Shown here: positions 14,156-28,682 of the stretch, one piece after another
Numbering within the stretch: the stretch's first letter is position 1
Layout: every line of letters begins with the position of its first letter
The notes under the pieces: model-generated
The model's database searches: none
Told to the model about the DNA's origin: nothing
The model's input: the letters and a program-made list of their open reading frames with translations, nothing else
Translations under genes and position numbers: made by a program
From: Eledone cirrhosa
Taxonomy: Eukaryota
DNA: 64,000 nucleotides
Direction of reading: 5' to 3'
Assembly: GCA_964016885.1 (NCBI GenBank)
Contig: OZ024754.1
Coordinates: forward strand, 46,190,001 to 46,254,000

Positions 14156-14239
14156 TAGGAGGTGAGTTTTATTGTAGTACAATAAAGCAATGCAGATATC
14201 GGATAAGAAGCACTCTACAGTTTGTGGGACTGGAGTATG

Positions 14240-14584
14240 TATAATATAAGATCAAAAGATGGTTAAAGGAGTTCCATATATTTTATTATGCGCATTTCAA
14301 AAACAAACATCATCAAGCAATAATATTTGTGTTTTCATCAGATAAAACAGGAGAACATGATATGAAGGCTAAAAAACACTTGTTGATAGTGCAGTTTTAA
14401 ATCAACATATCAATATGTTGATTTAAAACTGCACTATCAACAAGTGTTTTTTTAGCCTTCATATCATGTTCTCCTGTTTTATCTGATGAAAACACAAATA
14501 TTATTGCTTGATGATGTTTGTTTTTGAAATGCGCATAATAAAATATATGGAACTCCTTTAACCATCTTTTGATCTTATATTATA
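14240..14584. repeat. Near-perfect palindrome, about 171-bp arms, 2-nt spacer
   Basis: Centre aaatcaacatat-ca-atatgttgattt at 14411-14412; the only difference seen is one homopolymer indel. Confidence 0.93.
14476..14544 (+). ncRNA. Minimal type-I hammerhead ribozyme (mirror copy 14280-14348, minus strand)
   Basis: gttttat-CTGATGA-[acaaatattatt..gatgatgtttgt]-GAAA-TGCGCA-TA-ataaaat; palindromic stem-III segment TGCGCA. Confidence 0.78.
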
Positions 14585-14714
<130 letters not shown>

Positions 14715-14961
14715 CATATACGTAGATATATATCAGTTCCTGTATGAGCAAGACAAGGTCACCTGACCTAGCATTGATCACAACAGGACAACTCATCTAA
14801 CCCATGCAAGCGTGGAAAAATGGACATAAAACAGTGATGATGATGATGATATATACATATATATATATATATACATACATAAATATATTTACATATACAT
14901 ATATATATATACATACATAAATATATATATATATATATATTTATATGTATATATATATATG

Positions 14962-15038
<77 letters not shown>

Positions 15039-16439
15039 GTATATATATATATATAATTATAGTTATAATTTATGATAGTCTAACTGCCAATAAAACATAT
15101 ACACCAGTTGAATTTCACTTCTGTTTTGTTATTTGTTTGGTACATAATCCCTTCCCCGGTTAGATTAGACCCTTATCAGTAAAACTCTAAGATCTTGTAA
15201 GGTAATCCCATAGATAAAGTGTAAAACTAGAAATACACTATATAGCATAATACGCTCAACGGGACAATGTTGAAACGCGACTACAATGTAGAGAAGGATG
15301 ACTCATAGTGTAGGAGAAGGGATGAAGGATCACTAACGGGAACTCCAAGACAAGAAAATCTCGTTAGGGCTCTGCCAAATTAGAATATTGTGACTGTCTA
15401 AAAGAATGGCGAGGTAAAAAACCATATCTTCACACAAAACCGATGCAATGCTCAAGCAATTTAAAGAAGCTACCCACATTGTTGGGATTAAATCCACTCT
15501 CAATAACAAAAAGCCCAGAACCTCATGAACGGTGACAAAAATATTTTGCTACATAGGAATAGATACAAGGAAGTGCACAAAAAGTTATAAACCCACTCTC
15601 GATAACATACAGAAACAGAACAGTAACAACTTAGTGACGGGTGAGAGTGAAAAAATATTACACATCACATAAGAATAGACACAGACAGACAGAGGGAATG
15701 AGGGACAAGCGTAGAGATGCGGACATACACATGCATACATACACATGCACATACACAAGTTTAGCTTTGAGAGCTACACTAATCTACGAACATGACACCA
15801 CGGCACATAGTACCATAATCACAGTTTCCTGACCCAGACTAATGACCAGGCTTCAAAGACCCACAACCCTTCAATACTGTACCCAAAACACTAACAAATA
15901 AAAATGTGTATGGGTGTGTGTTTGTGTGTGTGTGTTCAAGAAGCAACTGGACAATAACGCCCCACCCTTGGCATAGAGCGTATCATCATCTCCCCTTCTC
16001 CCATCTTTCTTCCGTAGTCTCATAACCCTTGTTTTTTCCTTCCCTTTCCTCTCATTTAAGGCATTTATAGCCCTTTCTCCTACTTTCCTATACAGCCAGA
16101 ACTGCCCTTCTTTACCCCTTCCCCCTCTGTTCACTATTTAATTTTGTTTTTATCGTCTTTTTATCTTCATATATCCATCGATATTTGTAATGTTATTCAT
16201 ACAATTGTCAATAAAAACAATTTTGCTAATAAATAAATGAATAAAATTACTAAGATTCCAGGTGAGCATATATCAAGACAAGGGCCCGAAATGAGGGCTG
16301 TGGGTTTGAAGCTCCTTTCATTTATTAAGAAGATCCAACTGGCAACAACGATGGTGGTGCTCCAGTAGGGACATGGCCCAAGTAAAGGAACAACGAACCA
16401 ATATGAAAAGGGTCTAAGATATGAGAAACCACAGAAATA

Positions 16440-16657
16440 ATGGTTTCTGATTTAGGCACAAGGTGAACAATTTCAGTGGAGGAGAAAGTCGATTACATCG
16501 CCTCCACTGCATTACTGGTACTTTATTTTATCGACCTTGTAAGGATGAAAGGAAAAGCTAACTTCGGCGGGATTTGAACTCAGAACGTAAAGGACCGCAA
16601 GGCTATGCTCCGAAGCATGGTGTCCGACGCTCTACCGATTCTGCCAATCCACCGCCC
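16440..16657 (-). mobile_element. Dominant SINE copy
   Basis: Reverse complement of the core and tRNA-like head (gatttgaactcaga...gccaatccaccgccc). Confidence 0.8.
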
Positions 16658-17096
16658 CTAGGAACTTATAATAAAAGATTTCGCCACCATTTAAGGTTTC
16701 ATCATCAATCTTCCCTTTGTGTCTCATTTCTTCTATACCAATCCTTTTTTGTATCATGTTTCTACCTTCCGGCCCACCACCCAACACACAACGCTTATCT
16801 TCAGTTCTTCCTTCTCACTCCCTTGACGCCACCCACCCAACATCCATACCTTCACTGTTAGTCCCCTCATCTCCACCATCACTACTCACCTGTACCACCT
16901 CCCTCCCTCCTCAGTGTTTGTGCCCCTCCCATCCCCACCGTTTCTACTCACTTCTATCAACACCCCTGCCACTGCCACCCCCAACACCACCCACCACCAC
17001 TTTCATTCATCTGTACAAAGACGTCCTGCCACGTAGCAATACACAGCAGCACTTATATATATATATATATGTGTTGTGTGTGTATATATGTGTGTT

Positions 17097-17127
<31 letters not shown>

Positions 17128-17224
17128 ATATATGTGTGTGTATATATATATATGTGTGTGTGTGTATACATATATATATATATGTCTATATATATATATA
17201 TATGTGTATACATATATATGTCTG

Positions 17225-17308
<84 letters not shown>

Positions 17309-17338
17309 GAAACGTTTAAAAAGTCCTGTGGGCAGACT

Positions 17339-17744
17339 CTGTTGGTCTCTGTTAGTCACTGTTAGTGTCTGTTGGTCACTGTTGGTCTCAGTTGGTCACT
17401 GTTGGTCTCAGTTGGTCACTGTTAGTCACTGTTGGTCACTGTTAATCACTGTTGGTCACTGTTAGTCACTGTTGGTCACTGTTAGTCTCTGTTGGTCACT
17501 GTTAGTCTCAGTTGGTCACTGTTGGTCTCAGTTGGTCACTGTTAGTCACTGTTGGTCACTGTTAGTCACTGTTGGTCACTGTTAGTCACTGTTGGTCACT
17601 GTTAGTCACTGTTGGTCACTGTTAGTCTCAGTTGGTCACTGTTAGTCACTGTTGGTCACTGTTAGTCACTGTTGGTCACTGTTAGTCACTGTTGGTCACT
17701 GTTAGTCACTGTTGGTCACTGTTAGTGTCTGTTGGTCACTGTTT
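17339..17744. repeat. 10-bp minisatellite (CTGTTRGTCA)n, about 40 copies
   Basis: Alternating ctgttggtca and ctgttagtca units. Confidence 0.95.
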
Positions 17745-17809
17745 ATCTTAATATGCTAGAATCTACCTACAGGTGAACAATATACTACCAACTGACAAAA
17801 TACCGCTGC

Positions 17810-18300
17810 TACACTACCACCACCACCACCACCACACCGCTACCACCACCACAACAACACTACCACCACCACAACAACACTACCACCACCACAACAACAA
17901 CAACACTACCACCACCACCACCACACCGCCACCACAACAACACTACCACCACCACCACCACCACCGCTACCACCACCACAACAACACTACCACCACCTCT
18001 GCCACTACTACTACTACTTTACACTCTTCGCCACCGCCACTATTATTATTCTCTATCGCCATTACCACCATCACTAACTTCACTATCTTTACCACCTTCA
18101 GCTCTTCCACCACCTCACTGGTGTCTCAACTACCTCCACCACCACACCATTATCTCCACCAACAACACCACGCACAGCACACACCCCCCATACCACCACC
18201 ACCATCCACATCCCCTACCACTACCACACCACCATTCCCACTACCACTACCACCATCACTCCACCCATTCCACAACTACTCCCACCACTACTATCACAAC
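17810..18300. repeat. (ACC/AAC/ACT)n low-complexity tract
   Basis: Read directly; explains the His/Thr/Pro-rich ORF. Confidence 0.85.
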
Positions 18301-21130
18301 ATTCACCTCCCAATTGATATAAGCCGAGACTTTACATTACATATTCGTCGGGAGAAGCGATAATTCTATCTTCCACCAGTTTTCTCAAGAATTACAAGTT
18401 ACAACGTTACAAATTAACCAGGGTAGTAACAGGGTGGCTATAGGTGATAGTAACACGTTGAGAGAGAGGTAGAGAGAGAGAGATTTCACTACAACCACAA
18501 TGGTAAGAAAATCTTTAAATTTACACAAATTCCGTTGTCATCAGATTTTATGTTGTTGTTGCTCTTGTTATTGCTGTTGTTGTTGTTGGTGGCGGTGTTG
18601 TTGTTGTTGTTGGTGTTGTTGATTTTGTTGTTGCTGTTGTTAATGGTGGTGTTGCTGCTTGTTGCATTTGTTGTACTTTCGAGTCTCGAATAATAGTCGC
18701 GCCACCCCTTTATTAGTTTTTCAGATCCCCCCCCCCCCCCCCCCCCCCAGCTCTTATTCCAACACCCTCCTTTCGTTTATTAAATTTTGCTAATCTAAAA
18801 CCGGCAAAATTTCATTTTAAGTGGTCATCGACAATTTTCTTAATACATTAAAAAACATTATACATGACAAAAAAAAGTACATTACAGGAAATCCCTTATG
18901 TTATAAAATAAATAGGATGGGTTAGGGTCTCAATATGTAAACTAAAGGACAACCTAGAAAAAATATCGAATTTTCACACTCACTCATCCCGCGTACCCCC
19001 CTCCTCCCCCATTATATGGAACCCGAGAGTACTTGTTGTTCTCGTTGGTCTTGTTGTTGTTGTTTAGCCGGTTCTTTATCATTCGGAATTCAAATCCTGC
19101 CTCTGTCAATTTTGTATTTTATCCTTTCGAAATCGATAACATAAAGTACCTGTCACGTACTTGAGGTCGATTATATCGACTTTTTCTCCACCCTCCAGCC
19201 TCTAAAAAATTGCTGGCCTTGTGCTAAAACTACAAACCGTTGTTGTTTAGCCGACGGTCAGCTCTGGTCAAGCAGACCTATAAAAGCATTCCAGCTGTGA
19301 CCTTCATTTTATATAATGAATATTCTATGTTTTCGTTTATTTCTTAGCCATGAATGTTGTTTTCCTTTAGATTGAGAAAGATGTTTCCGACAATATTTCG
19401 TTTAACTATCCGATTTTCTTTCTGCCTTAAATTCCAAAATAAACCCATTTTATTCTTATGCATTGCCTTTTAGATAGGCTCAAAATCCCTATATTGTCAT
19501 AAACAGTAAGCGTGGTTTTATAATTTATCTGCTATTTCTAGTAAGTTCAACAACCATGTAGTGGTGTCTTTATAAGAAGTATTACCGGCAAAAGTGAAAT
19601 ATAATACGTTCACTGAAAGATTGAAAACGTGTTGCGTTCTCAGCGCTGTAAACAACCATACTGATTGCTTATTTTATTTTCACTTTTTAACAAAATAATT
19701 TAATGTTACGAAATACATCATTTATTTATTCTTTTATCTTAGAATCTGTGTAATTGTGTAACTAATGTCCAGCGCTTTCGCCTCGTTAGCACCCGTGGTA
19801 ATACTACCAGTGTGTTGGCTTGCCTCAAAAGGTATTCGAAGGAGGCTCCAGCACCCCTTATGGTATGTGACCGATTGACACACTTAGTCCAAGAGAAATT
19901 CTGCAAGGCGGGATTTGAACTCCATATATACATTAATGTCGGTGACTTAATACTAAACACGATCGGGGTTGATTCTTTTCGACTAAAACCTTTCACCTAC
20001 AAATCCATCACCACATGAACATGAAAATAAGCTAAGGTTATAGTAAAGAGTACATTTCACATTTGGCTTGGGCACCTATCTAGATTGGGGGTGGGCTATA
20101 TTTTATATCTAGCCCGGGCTTATTGCCAGCATTACACGGGCCTGGTAAATAGGAAGTGAGAAGGTGATTGACATCTGCTTGGAACGAAAGCTGCGGCCAT
20201 GTTCGTTTTTATGAAGTGGAGGGATGGGGTTAAGCTGATCTTCCTTTTGAGGTTTTATTCTTCTTTCTTCTACATACATATAAAAAACATATTCCAAGTC
20301 CGGAAGCTCATCCAACCTGTGCTTATCCCGGTTTCATTGGCGTTAGGTGACTGATAGTACAACCCCCCCCCCCCCCCCCGGATAAGACGCTAGTCCATCA
20401 CAAGGTTAACCCCAGCTACTGTTGGTACTCGTTTTCAGCTGACTGTACTCGTCCGATGTGAAATGAAGTGTTTTACTCAAAAGCACAATGTGCTATCTGG
20501 TTCAAGAATCGAACCCTAACAATACAACAGTAAGCCGAACACCATAACCATTAGACCACGCAACTTCACACAAGCGTATATATTTATATGCATGTATATT
20601 TACATACATACATGCATACATATATGTGTGTGTGTTTGTATATTCCTCTGTAAATATCACGTGATATCTATGACAATGGAATGGAGAAGAAGACGTCAAT
20701 CTGAAAGCAAAGAACTCTGGTGATTTTAGCCTTTCGATAAATAGAGATCGATAGGATAAGTACCGAAGTACTGAGATCGATATAATTGGCAAAATGAATT
20801 GAACGCCATGCTCAAGCATGGCGACATTTAAATTCACCAAAACAGTAAAAGCATGGCTGTGTGATTAAGAAATTTTCCTTGCAAACTCATGATTTCAGGT
20901 TTTGTCTGTGGAACATCTTGGAGGACTTCTTCTATATCTTCGGGTTGACTACTGTTTTGTGAGTGAAACTTGGTTGAGAGAAACTGTAGAAACTCGTGCC
21001 AGTGTGTGTGTGTGTCACTCGTCACTAAGCGGTTTGATAAAAGAAGATCGATAAAATAAGTAGCAGACTTGAAGAGATAAGCATGGTCAATATCTTGTGA
21101 CTAAAACCAATAAATGAGCAAAAGAGAATA

Positions 21131-21181
<51 letters not shown>

Positions 21182-21429
21182 ACAAATACATGTATGTATA
21201 GGTATACTTGCACAGCTACATGAATAGATATATAGATAGAGGGTGGGGCTAAGCATGTAGGTAGATAATTGGATGGGTAGTTAACCCAGTAAATCAGTAG
21301 GCAGGTAAATGTGTTAACAGGTAACATATGGTAAGACCCAATTGTTGCGAAGATTGCCCCAGTATTTTACCAATCGCATTTAGTTGTAACCATTACACTT
21401 GAACATATGATGTGTAAATAACAGTAGAA

Positions 21430-21575
21430 AAGAGGTCAGGTCACTTCATTGCTGGGGTCGCGGTAGAGAGGTCAGGTCACTACACAGCTGGGGTCACGGT
21501 AGAGAGGCCCTGTCACTACACAGCTGAAGTCATGGTAGAAAAGTCAGGTCATTGCACAGCTGAGATCACAGTATA
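21430..21575. repeat. About 36-bp tandem repeat, about 4 diverged copies
   Basis: gaggtcaggtcactacacagctggggtcacggtaga units. Confidence 0.75.
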
Positions 21576-22264
21576 GGTGTTGGTTGTGGTAGTGTGTCAG
21601 TAAAAGATGCAGAACGAAGTTCTCCTGTCGTTGGAAGATGTGAAATTTAATGTCTTGGATTAACACTTCATCTGAGAGAGAATTGTATTTAGTTCTTTAT
21701 CAATTTCTATCTCGGAAGAAAGCCCTGTCCCGAAACGCCAGATTCCGCTTCAGTCTAAGGTATATGAATTTATTCAAACCCACAAATTTCTGAACAAGAC
21801 ACTTTATTTCACCTTGCTCCACTCCACTCAGCTGGCAAAAAGGAGTTGTACCTGTAATTCAAAGGGCCACCCTTGCCATATTCTGTGTCATGCTGAATCT
21901 TCCTGAGAACTATGTTATGGGTACGCGTGTCTATGGAAACTCAGCTAATTGTACGTTAATTTCACGAGCAAACTGTTCCGTTGATCGGATCCACTGGAAC
22001 AATCGCCTCCATATATATATATATGGGGGGGTTGGGGGGGGGGGGGGTATCTTGATAGATTCGTAGGGACGTCGTTTTGACATACGGCGTTTCTTAGGCA
22101 TTTTAAGCCTGAGTACAACACATTTTTTCCAGAGAAAGATAGAAAGTGAGAGAGAGTAAATGGGAAAGAGATATAGAGGAACAATCCACCCCAGTATAAG
22201 GCTGGTACTTTTTTTATCGACCTCGAAAGGATGAAAGGCAAAGTTGACATCTATATATGTATAT

Positions 22265-22558
22265 ATATATATATTTATTTACGTAGAGCGCGGAGCGTAT
22301 GTGCATAAACACGCACGCACCGTACTGTATTATGGCAGTATTGTGTTAGCTCAATGTACAATAACAGAGCCGTTATATGCAAAAGAAACCAAAGAACGCT
22401 TACATACTCAAACAGTCTTTATTTACTTACAATGTTTCATCCTCATCTTTTGGCAGGAATCATCAGAGCCTAATAAATACAGTGTTGAGTATAAGCTCCA
22501 CAAAAACCTAGTCACACGAACAATCAGAGTAAAGATAGGGAGATTGGAGATGGCGAAC
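22265..22558 (-). mobile_element. Hammerhead-bearing non-coding repeat (Penelope pLTR-like)
   Basis: Reverse complement of about 40977-41260; HHR at 22425-22469 reads gct-CTGATGA-ttcct..aggat-GAAA-cattg-TA-agt. Confidence 0.7.
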
Positions 22559-22615
22559 ATATTAATAAAAGATCGAAGGCCATATTCAGTTGATTCAGGT
22601 TTATTTAAAATTCCG

Positions 22616-22663
<48 letters not shown>

Positions 22664-23269
22664 CATGGATTATTACTCCTTTGTATTTAGTTGAAGCCCA
22701 TTTCCTGATGTTAATGTCTTCCTCTCGACATTTCCATCTCATCAGAAGGAGTTTATTGCCAGCACTGTTGGCACCCCTCCCCCTAACATGTTGGACGTGT
22801 GGCAACATGTTAGCGGGAGGAGTGTTAACATATCAATGCACGCACCATTAAAGAACTAACTACAAGTGAGGCTGACAAACAATATTATTCAGTGATTAAT
22901 GAGGGAAACATTGGCAGGATCAGTAGCGCGTCGAACAAAATATCTTGCGCTACTTAGTTATGTCTCGAGTTATGTTTCTGAGTTCAAATTCCGTTGGGTT
23001 CGATAAAATAAATACCCCTGTGGGGTGGGGTGGGGTGTCTGTTGCAGAGGGTGTCTTTAGCCAATCTCTGCAGTAACGCTTTTGTCGTTTTGTCCGCGGT
23101 GCGCAGCTGAAGATCCGCTCAGACTGGGGTGTAGTGTTTGTTCCTCCCCCTCTCCTGTAAGACTGTGGTGCACTCATTGTTCCTCCCCCTCTCCTTCGAT
23201 AAGATTTAATTGACTTTAAACCCGCCCCTCTACAAATTTTCTCTGAGACTCAAAAAATAGGATTAGCCC

Positions 23270-23395
<126 letters not shown>

Positions 23396-23410
23396 GCACG
23401 CACGCACATG

Positions 23411-23488
<78 letters not shown>

Positions 23489-23566
23489 TATTACATCCTT
23501 AAGTACAAACAGACAACTGAGCAAAAACACGGTAGCAAATAACGGGAATACAGTTAAACAAAATAA

Positions 23567-24228
23567 ACGAGTGAAAGATCTGTGTGTGATGGAATGATGT
23601 ATGAATGAGTTGAATGAAAGTGAGAACGAGTGAAAGATCTGTGTGTGATGGAATGATGTATGAATGAGTTGAATGAAAGTGAGAACGAGTGAAAGATCTG
23701 TGTGTGATGGAATGATGTATGAATGAGTTGAATGAAAGTGAGAACGAGTGAAAGATCTGTGTGTGATGGAATGATGTGTGAATGAGTTGAATGAAAGTGA
23801 GAACGAGTGAAAGATCTGTGTGTGATGGAATGATGTGTGAATGAGTTGAATGAAAGTGAGAACGAGTGAAAGATCTGTGTGTGATGGAATGATGTGTGAA
23901 TGAGTTCAATGAAAGTGAGAGCGAGTGAAAGATCTGTGTGTGATGGAATGATGTGTGAATGAGTTGAATGAAAGTGAGAACGAGTGAAAGATCTGTGTGT
24001 GATGGAATGATGTGTGAATGAGTTGAATGAAAGTGAGAACGAGTGAAAGATCTGTGTGTGATGGAATGATGTGTGAATGAGTTGAATGAAAGTGAGAACG
24101 AGTGAAAGATCTGTGTGTGATGGAATGATGTATGAATGAGTTGAATGAAAGTGAGAACGAGTGAAAGATCTGTGTGTGATGGAATGATGTGTGAATGAGT
24201 TGAATGAAAGTGAGAACGAATGAAAGAT
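23567..24228. repeat. 59-bp minisatellite, about 11 near-identical copies
   Basis: Unit aacgagtgaaagatctgtgtgtgatggaatgatgtRtgaatgagttgaatgaaagtgag. Confidence 0.95.
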
Positions 24229-26985
24229 ACAGAAGTGAAAAGAAATATCGACTTTATACCTATATCACCTTTTATTTCTCCATTATGACCAAACCGTAGA
24301 AGATTAATTGTATCATGAGATCCACACCATAGTTACAACAACAACATTCACTACTATATGCTACCCCCATCCCCTATTCCTTCTTTCCTTCCTTTCAATT
24401 AATGAACACCCGATAAAGATCTTTGTTAATAAATAAAGCAAGACAGAGCTTAGTAATGGGCGGGCTGAAACTTAACAGATAGACCTCTTGCTAAGATAGC
24501 TCAGCTTAAAACCTTCCGATAAGAAAGCTTAGTAAATGATACTCGTAGTTGACTTGGAAGATTTAGTTTACAAATACGGTGCTTCTTCTTCTTCATATTT
24601 TTATTATTATTTTCAAATCTCACTGAAGTTAGATTTGCCTTCATCCTTACGGGGTCGATAAAATAAAGTACCAATAACGTACTGGGGTCGATTTAATTGA
24701 TTTTCCCCCTTCCCTTCAAATTGCTGGCCTTGTGCCAAATGTAGAAACAATTCTTCTTCTGTTTATTTCTGAGAGGGTCGTTGGGGGACAGTCCTGTCAG
24801 CAGGTCCTGTCAGGAGTAACTGTCTCCAATTAATCTGGTTGCTTCTCAGAGAATATTTGATAAAGAAATTTGGAGGTAGGGATAGAAGTATTGTTGATTA
24901 TTTTTACCCCAGCTTTTAACTGGGAAGAATTTCCCGACTTTGAAATGATGAAAAGTAATGTTGATTTCGACTGTTTCAACTCAGAAGAGAAATGGATTTT
25001 GCCATCGACTGGTCTGAGACTAGATAAACTATTGACATTTTCACATTGGCACAAGACAACTCGAGGCCTCATGATGAACTTCTTAAACACTAAACCATGT
25101 CTGTATCCTCTACTTACTGCATTATATATCGATAATAATTAGTGGACAAAACCGTTGGAGCGTCGGACAAAATTTTGTTCGGCCAACAATTTGTGGGGGT
25201 GGAGAAAGTCGATTACATCGACACCAGTACATAACTGGTACTTTATTTTATCGACCACCCAGAAGAATGAAAGGCAAAGTTGACCTCGGCTGGGTTTAGA
25301 CTCAGAACGTAAGTAAATGGTGCAAAGCATTTTATCGACGCTCTAACGATTCTGCCAGTCTAGAAGAAGATAAAATAACTGCCAGAATTTATGCAATGCA
25401 TCCAAAGAAAAAAAACAAGGTTTTATGTTATGTTATTGTTATTATTATTATTATTGCATTTGGAAGCAGCTACAAGATTTGGTGAAATTCGCACTCAAAA
25501 CGATGTTATTTACAACCCTGACAAAGTAGCTGTAGGAGCAGTAGTAACAATAGCAGCAGCAACAGCAGTAGTAGTAGCAGCAGCAGCAGACATTTGCTAA
25601 ATAACGACGAGGAATGATAGTCATGCGATAGTCGCACCTTCTTACATATAACGAATTATAAACTGTCGCGAACTTTATATGTTGCACTATAATGAAATGG
25701 GGTTATACCTATATAGGGTTTGACATGGCTCCCCATAATATAGTGAAAGAAGGGTGGTTATATCATGCTCAACTTACATCTATATAGGGGTTGTATTAGT
25801 GCTTGGGAAATATCATGCCGAACTTACATATATATATATATATATACAGTGGCGGAATGGGTCTAAAAATATTGGTTGCCAGGAGATGAAGGGGGCCCAC
25901 CTACATATAGAATGCTATCATTTAATTTTTATAATGAATAAATAACATTTTCAAAAAATACATAAGTGGAAACAAAGTAGTGCAATCAAATTTTTGCGGA
26001 AAAATATCTTACCTTCTCCAATAAAAAATATTAGGTATTTTGCGAAATCTAGAGACTTTCAATAATGACCTTTGGTCTTTCACACTCACTCAATGTGTGT
26101 GTGTGTACACACCACCTTCACCACTAATTGATTTGACAGATGTCTTTAACACATTGATACCAAATATTATTGGCAGTATTGGTAGAGGGTTGGACGCCAT
26201 GCTTTGACGCATAGAGTTACGGCCCTTGCCATTCTGAGTTCAAATCCCGCCGAGGTTAACTTTGCCTTTCATCCTTACGGGGTCGATTAAATAAAGTACC
26301 AGTAATACACTGGTTAATTGCTGGCCTTGTGCCTAACGTAGAAACAATTATTTGGTCAGTAGTTCGTGTGTAAGTATATATATATATATGCTTGTGTGTC
26401 TGTGTGTATGTTTGCATGCATGAATGAATACACTAAGCTTTAGATTTAGTAGAATGTACAACCACTGATTCCAGCTATTTGCAATATCGTATATTATGGT
26501 TTCTAGTAATTGCCTGGGGAATTGGTTGACTAAATGCTTTGCTTAATTGTTTTATTCATTTTTTTTTATTTTATTCTTTCTCTTAGAAGTCAGGCATTTT
26601 TTTTTTTTTAAGCAACGCATTGGCCCCTAAAATACTACAGTGGGGCCTGCAATGCTACTGTGGGCTCTTGCAATGCTACCGTGGCCCCCCTTGCGTCTAC
26701 ATTAGAAATCATTTTTTCTTGTTTTCATATTCTCTATTTGCTTGTTATTGGTGTTTTGTCAAAGATATAATGGTAAGGGACTTCAGAATATATATATATG
26801 TAATATGTCTGCTGGCATCACGGGTGGATGGTAATACATGACCAGCGACATATGCCAATGACTGCGTAACTCCACCTATGATTACATAAGCATCTGATGA
26901 AATCACATGCATAACCATGTAACAGAAATATATCATACAGTAAATCAATTATGGTGAAATAAACCCGTCTTAACTACTCTTAAAT

Positions 26986-27066
<81 letters not shown>

Positions 27067-27264
27067 CACATACACATCGCCCCTACTCATACACACACAC
27101 AAAATACATAGATGCACACCGATACATATATATACATACTAACACAGACACATAGCCACACATATCATCACCAGTTTAATTTAATTAACCTGAACCATAC
27201 CGTAAAGAAGGGATCAGTTTGAGGCATATTAAAATATCTCCATTTCAACATCTTGATAGTCAAC

Positions 27265-27660
27265 ATCTTGAAGTTCAATATATACTTGGAGACGATCCAC
27301 AGTATGTGATGTTTCGTGTATTCCAGTCTTAAGTCGAGGTTCAAGATATACTGGGATGTGAACCACAGTATGTGATGTCTCGTGTATTCCAGTCTTAAGT
27401 CGAGGTTCAAGATATACTGGGATGTGAACCACAGTATGTGATGACTCGTGTGTTGAAGTCTTGAGTCGAGGTTCAAGATAAACTGGGATGTGAACCACAG
27501 TATGTGATGACTCGTGTGTTGAAGTCTTGAGTCGAGGTTCAAGATATACTGGGATGTGAACCACAGTATGTGATGACTCGTGTGTTGAAGTCTTGAGTCG
27601 AGGTTCAAGATATACTGGGAGGTGATCCATAGTATGTGATGTCTGATGGCTTCTGTATTC
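27265..27660. repeat. 66-bp tandem repeat, about 6 copies
   Basis: aaccacagtatgtgatg recurs at 27361, 27427, 27493 and 27559; terminal copies are diverged. Confidence 0.92.
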
Positions 27661-27801
27661 CAATAATAGCTACATTATTTCTGGAGAACTGACATAACGA
27701 CTATCTAAACTATAATAAAGCAAGAAGCGCGGTTACTGCGTACGGTTTATAATTTTTTTATCCCATTAGTAAAATAAGTTGCATTACTTTGAATAAATAA
27801 T

Positions 27802-27988
27802 TGTTTCTACTTTTGGCACAAGGCCAGAAATTACCGAGTGCATTACTGGTACTTTATTTTATCGACCCCGTAATGATGAAAGGCAAAGTTAACCTCGGCG
27901 GGATTTGAACTTAGAATGGCAAGGTCCGTAACTCCATACGTCAAAGCATGGCGTCCGACCCTACCGATACTGCCAATCCACCGCCCTC
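27802..27988 (-). mobile_element. Dominant SINE copy with 18-bp TSD
   Basis: TSD ttactttgaataaataat at 27784-27801 and 27989-28006. Confidence 0.88.
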
Positions 27989-28460
27989 TTACTTTGAATA
28001 AATAATGAATGAATATTACATAATTTATCTACTAAATTTCGTGGCTGTTGATTAAGATTCACTTTTTTAAAATTTCTGAAATGACAACACTTCCGGTTGG
28101 CCATCGCTTAAATAAACATACTAATTTTCTCCTAAGGCAGTTTATATATAATATCGTCTTTTTAAATGTATCGTGGATTACTTTAGTGATTAAATAAGAC
28201 AGTGTAACGCAGTCTTCGTTCAATTTCTATGTATTATATATTGTCAATTACGAAGGGTGGTTTTTCTGCTAGTTTATGTAATGCGTAATTTCAAGATGTA
28301 TTAAAAAAAATATTGTTTTCTCGTATTTACATATGCGCACAGTCTTATCATATAAATGTGTGTGTGTGTGTGTAACTTTTATCGAGTCCTCTCTGGATTT
28401 TGCATTTTGACCTTTATATGAATTATTTTATATATACTTATGTGTGTGTGTGTGTGTATA

Positions 28461-28491
<31 letters not shown>

Positions 28492-28603
28492 TGGTATCTT
28501 GTGTACGAATTTGCTTGAGGTTCGTTCATTAATGAAAACAAGTTGGTCGTTTGCGACAATTAAACGAATTTATTTCACAAAATACCAAAAACAATTGTAA
28601 GTG

Positions 28604-28682
<79 letters not shown>

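Noticed and set aside
17773-18363. His/Thr/Pro-rich 196-aa ORF
   Set aside because: Trinucleotide low-complexity sequence with no domain or splice support.
23567-24228. CRISPR-like array
   Set aside because: Contiguous tandem units without unique spacers, no cas genes, eukaryotic context.
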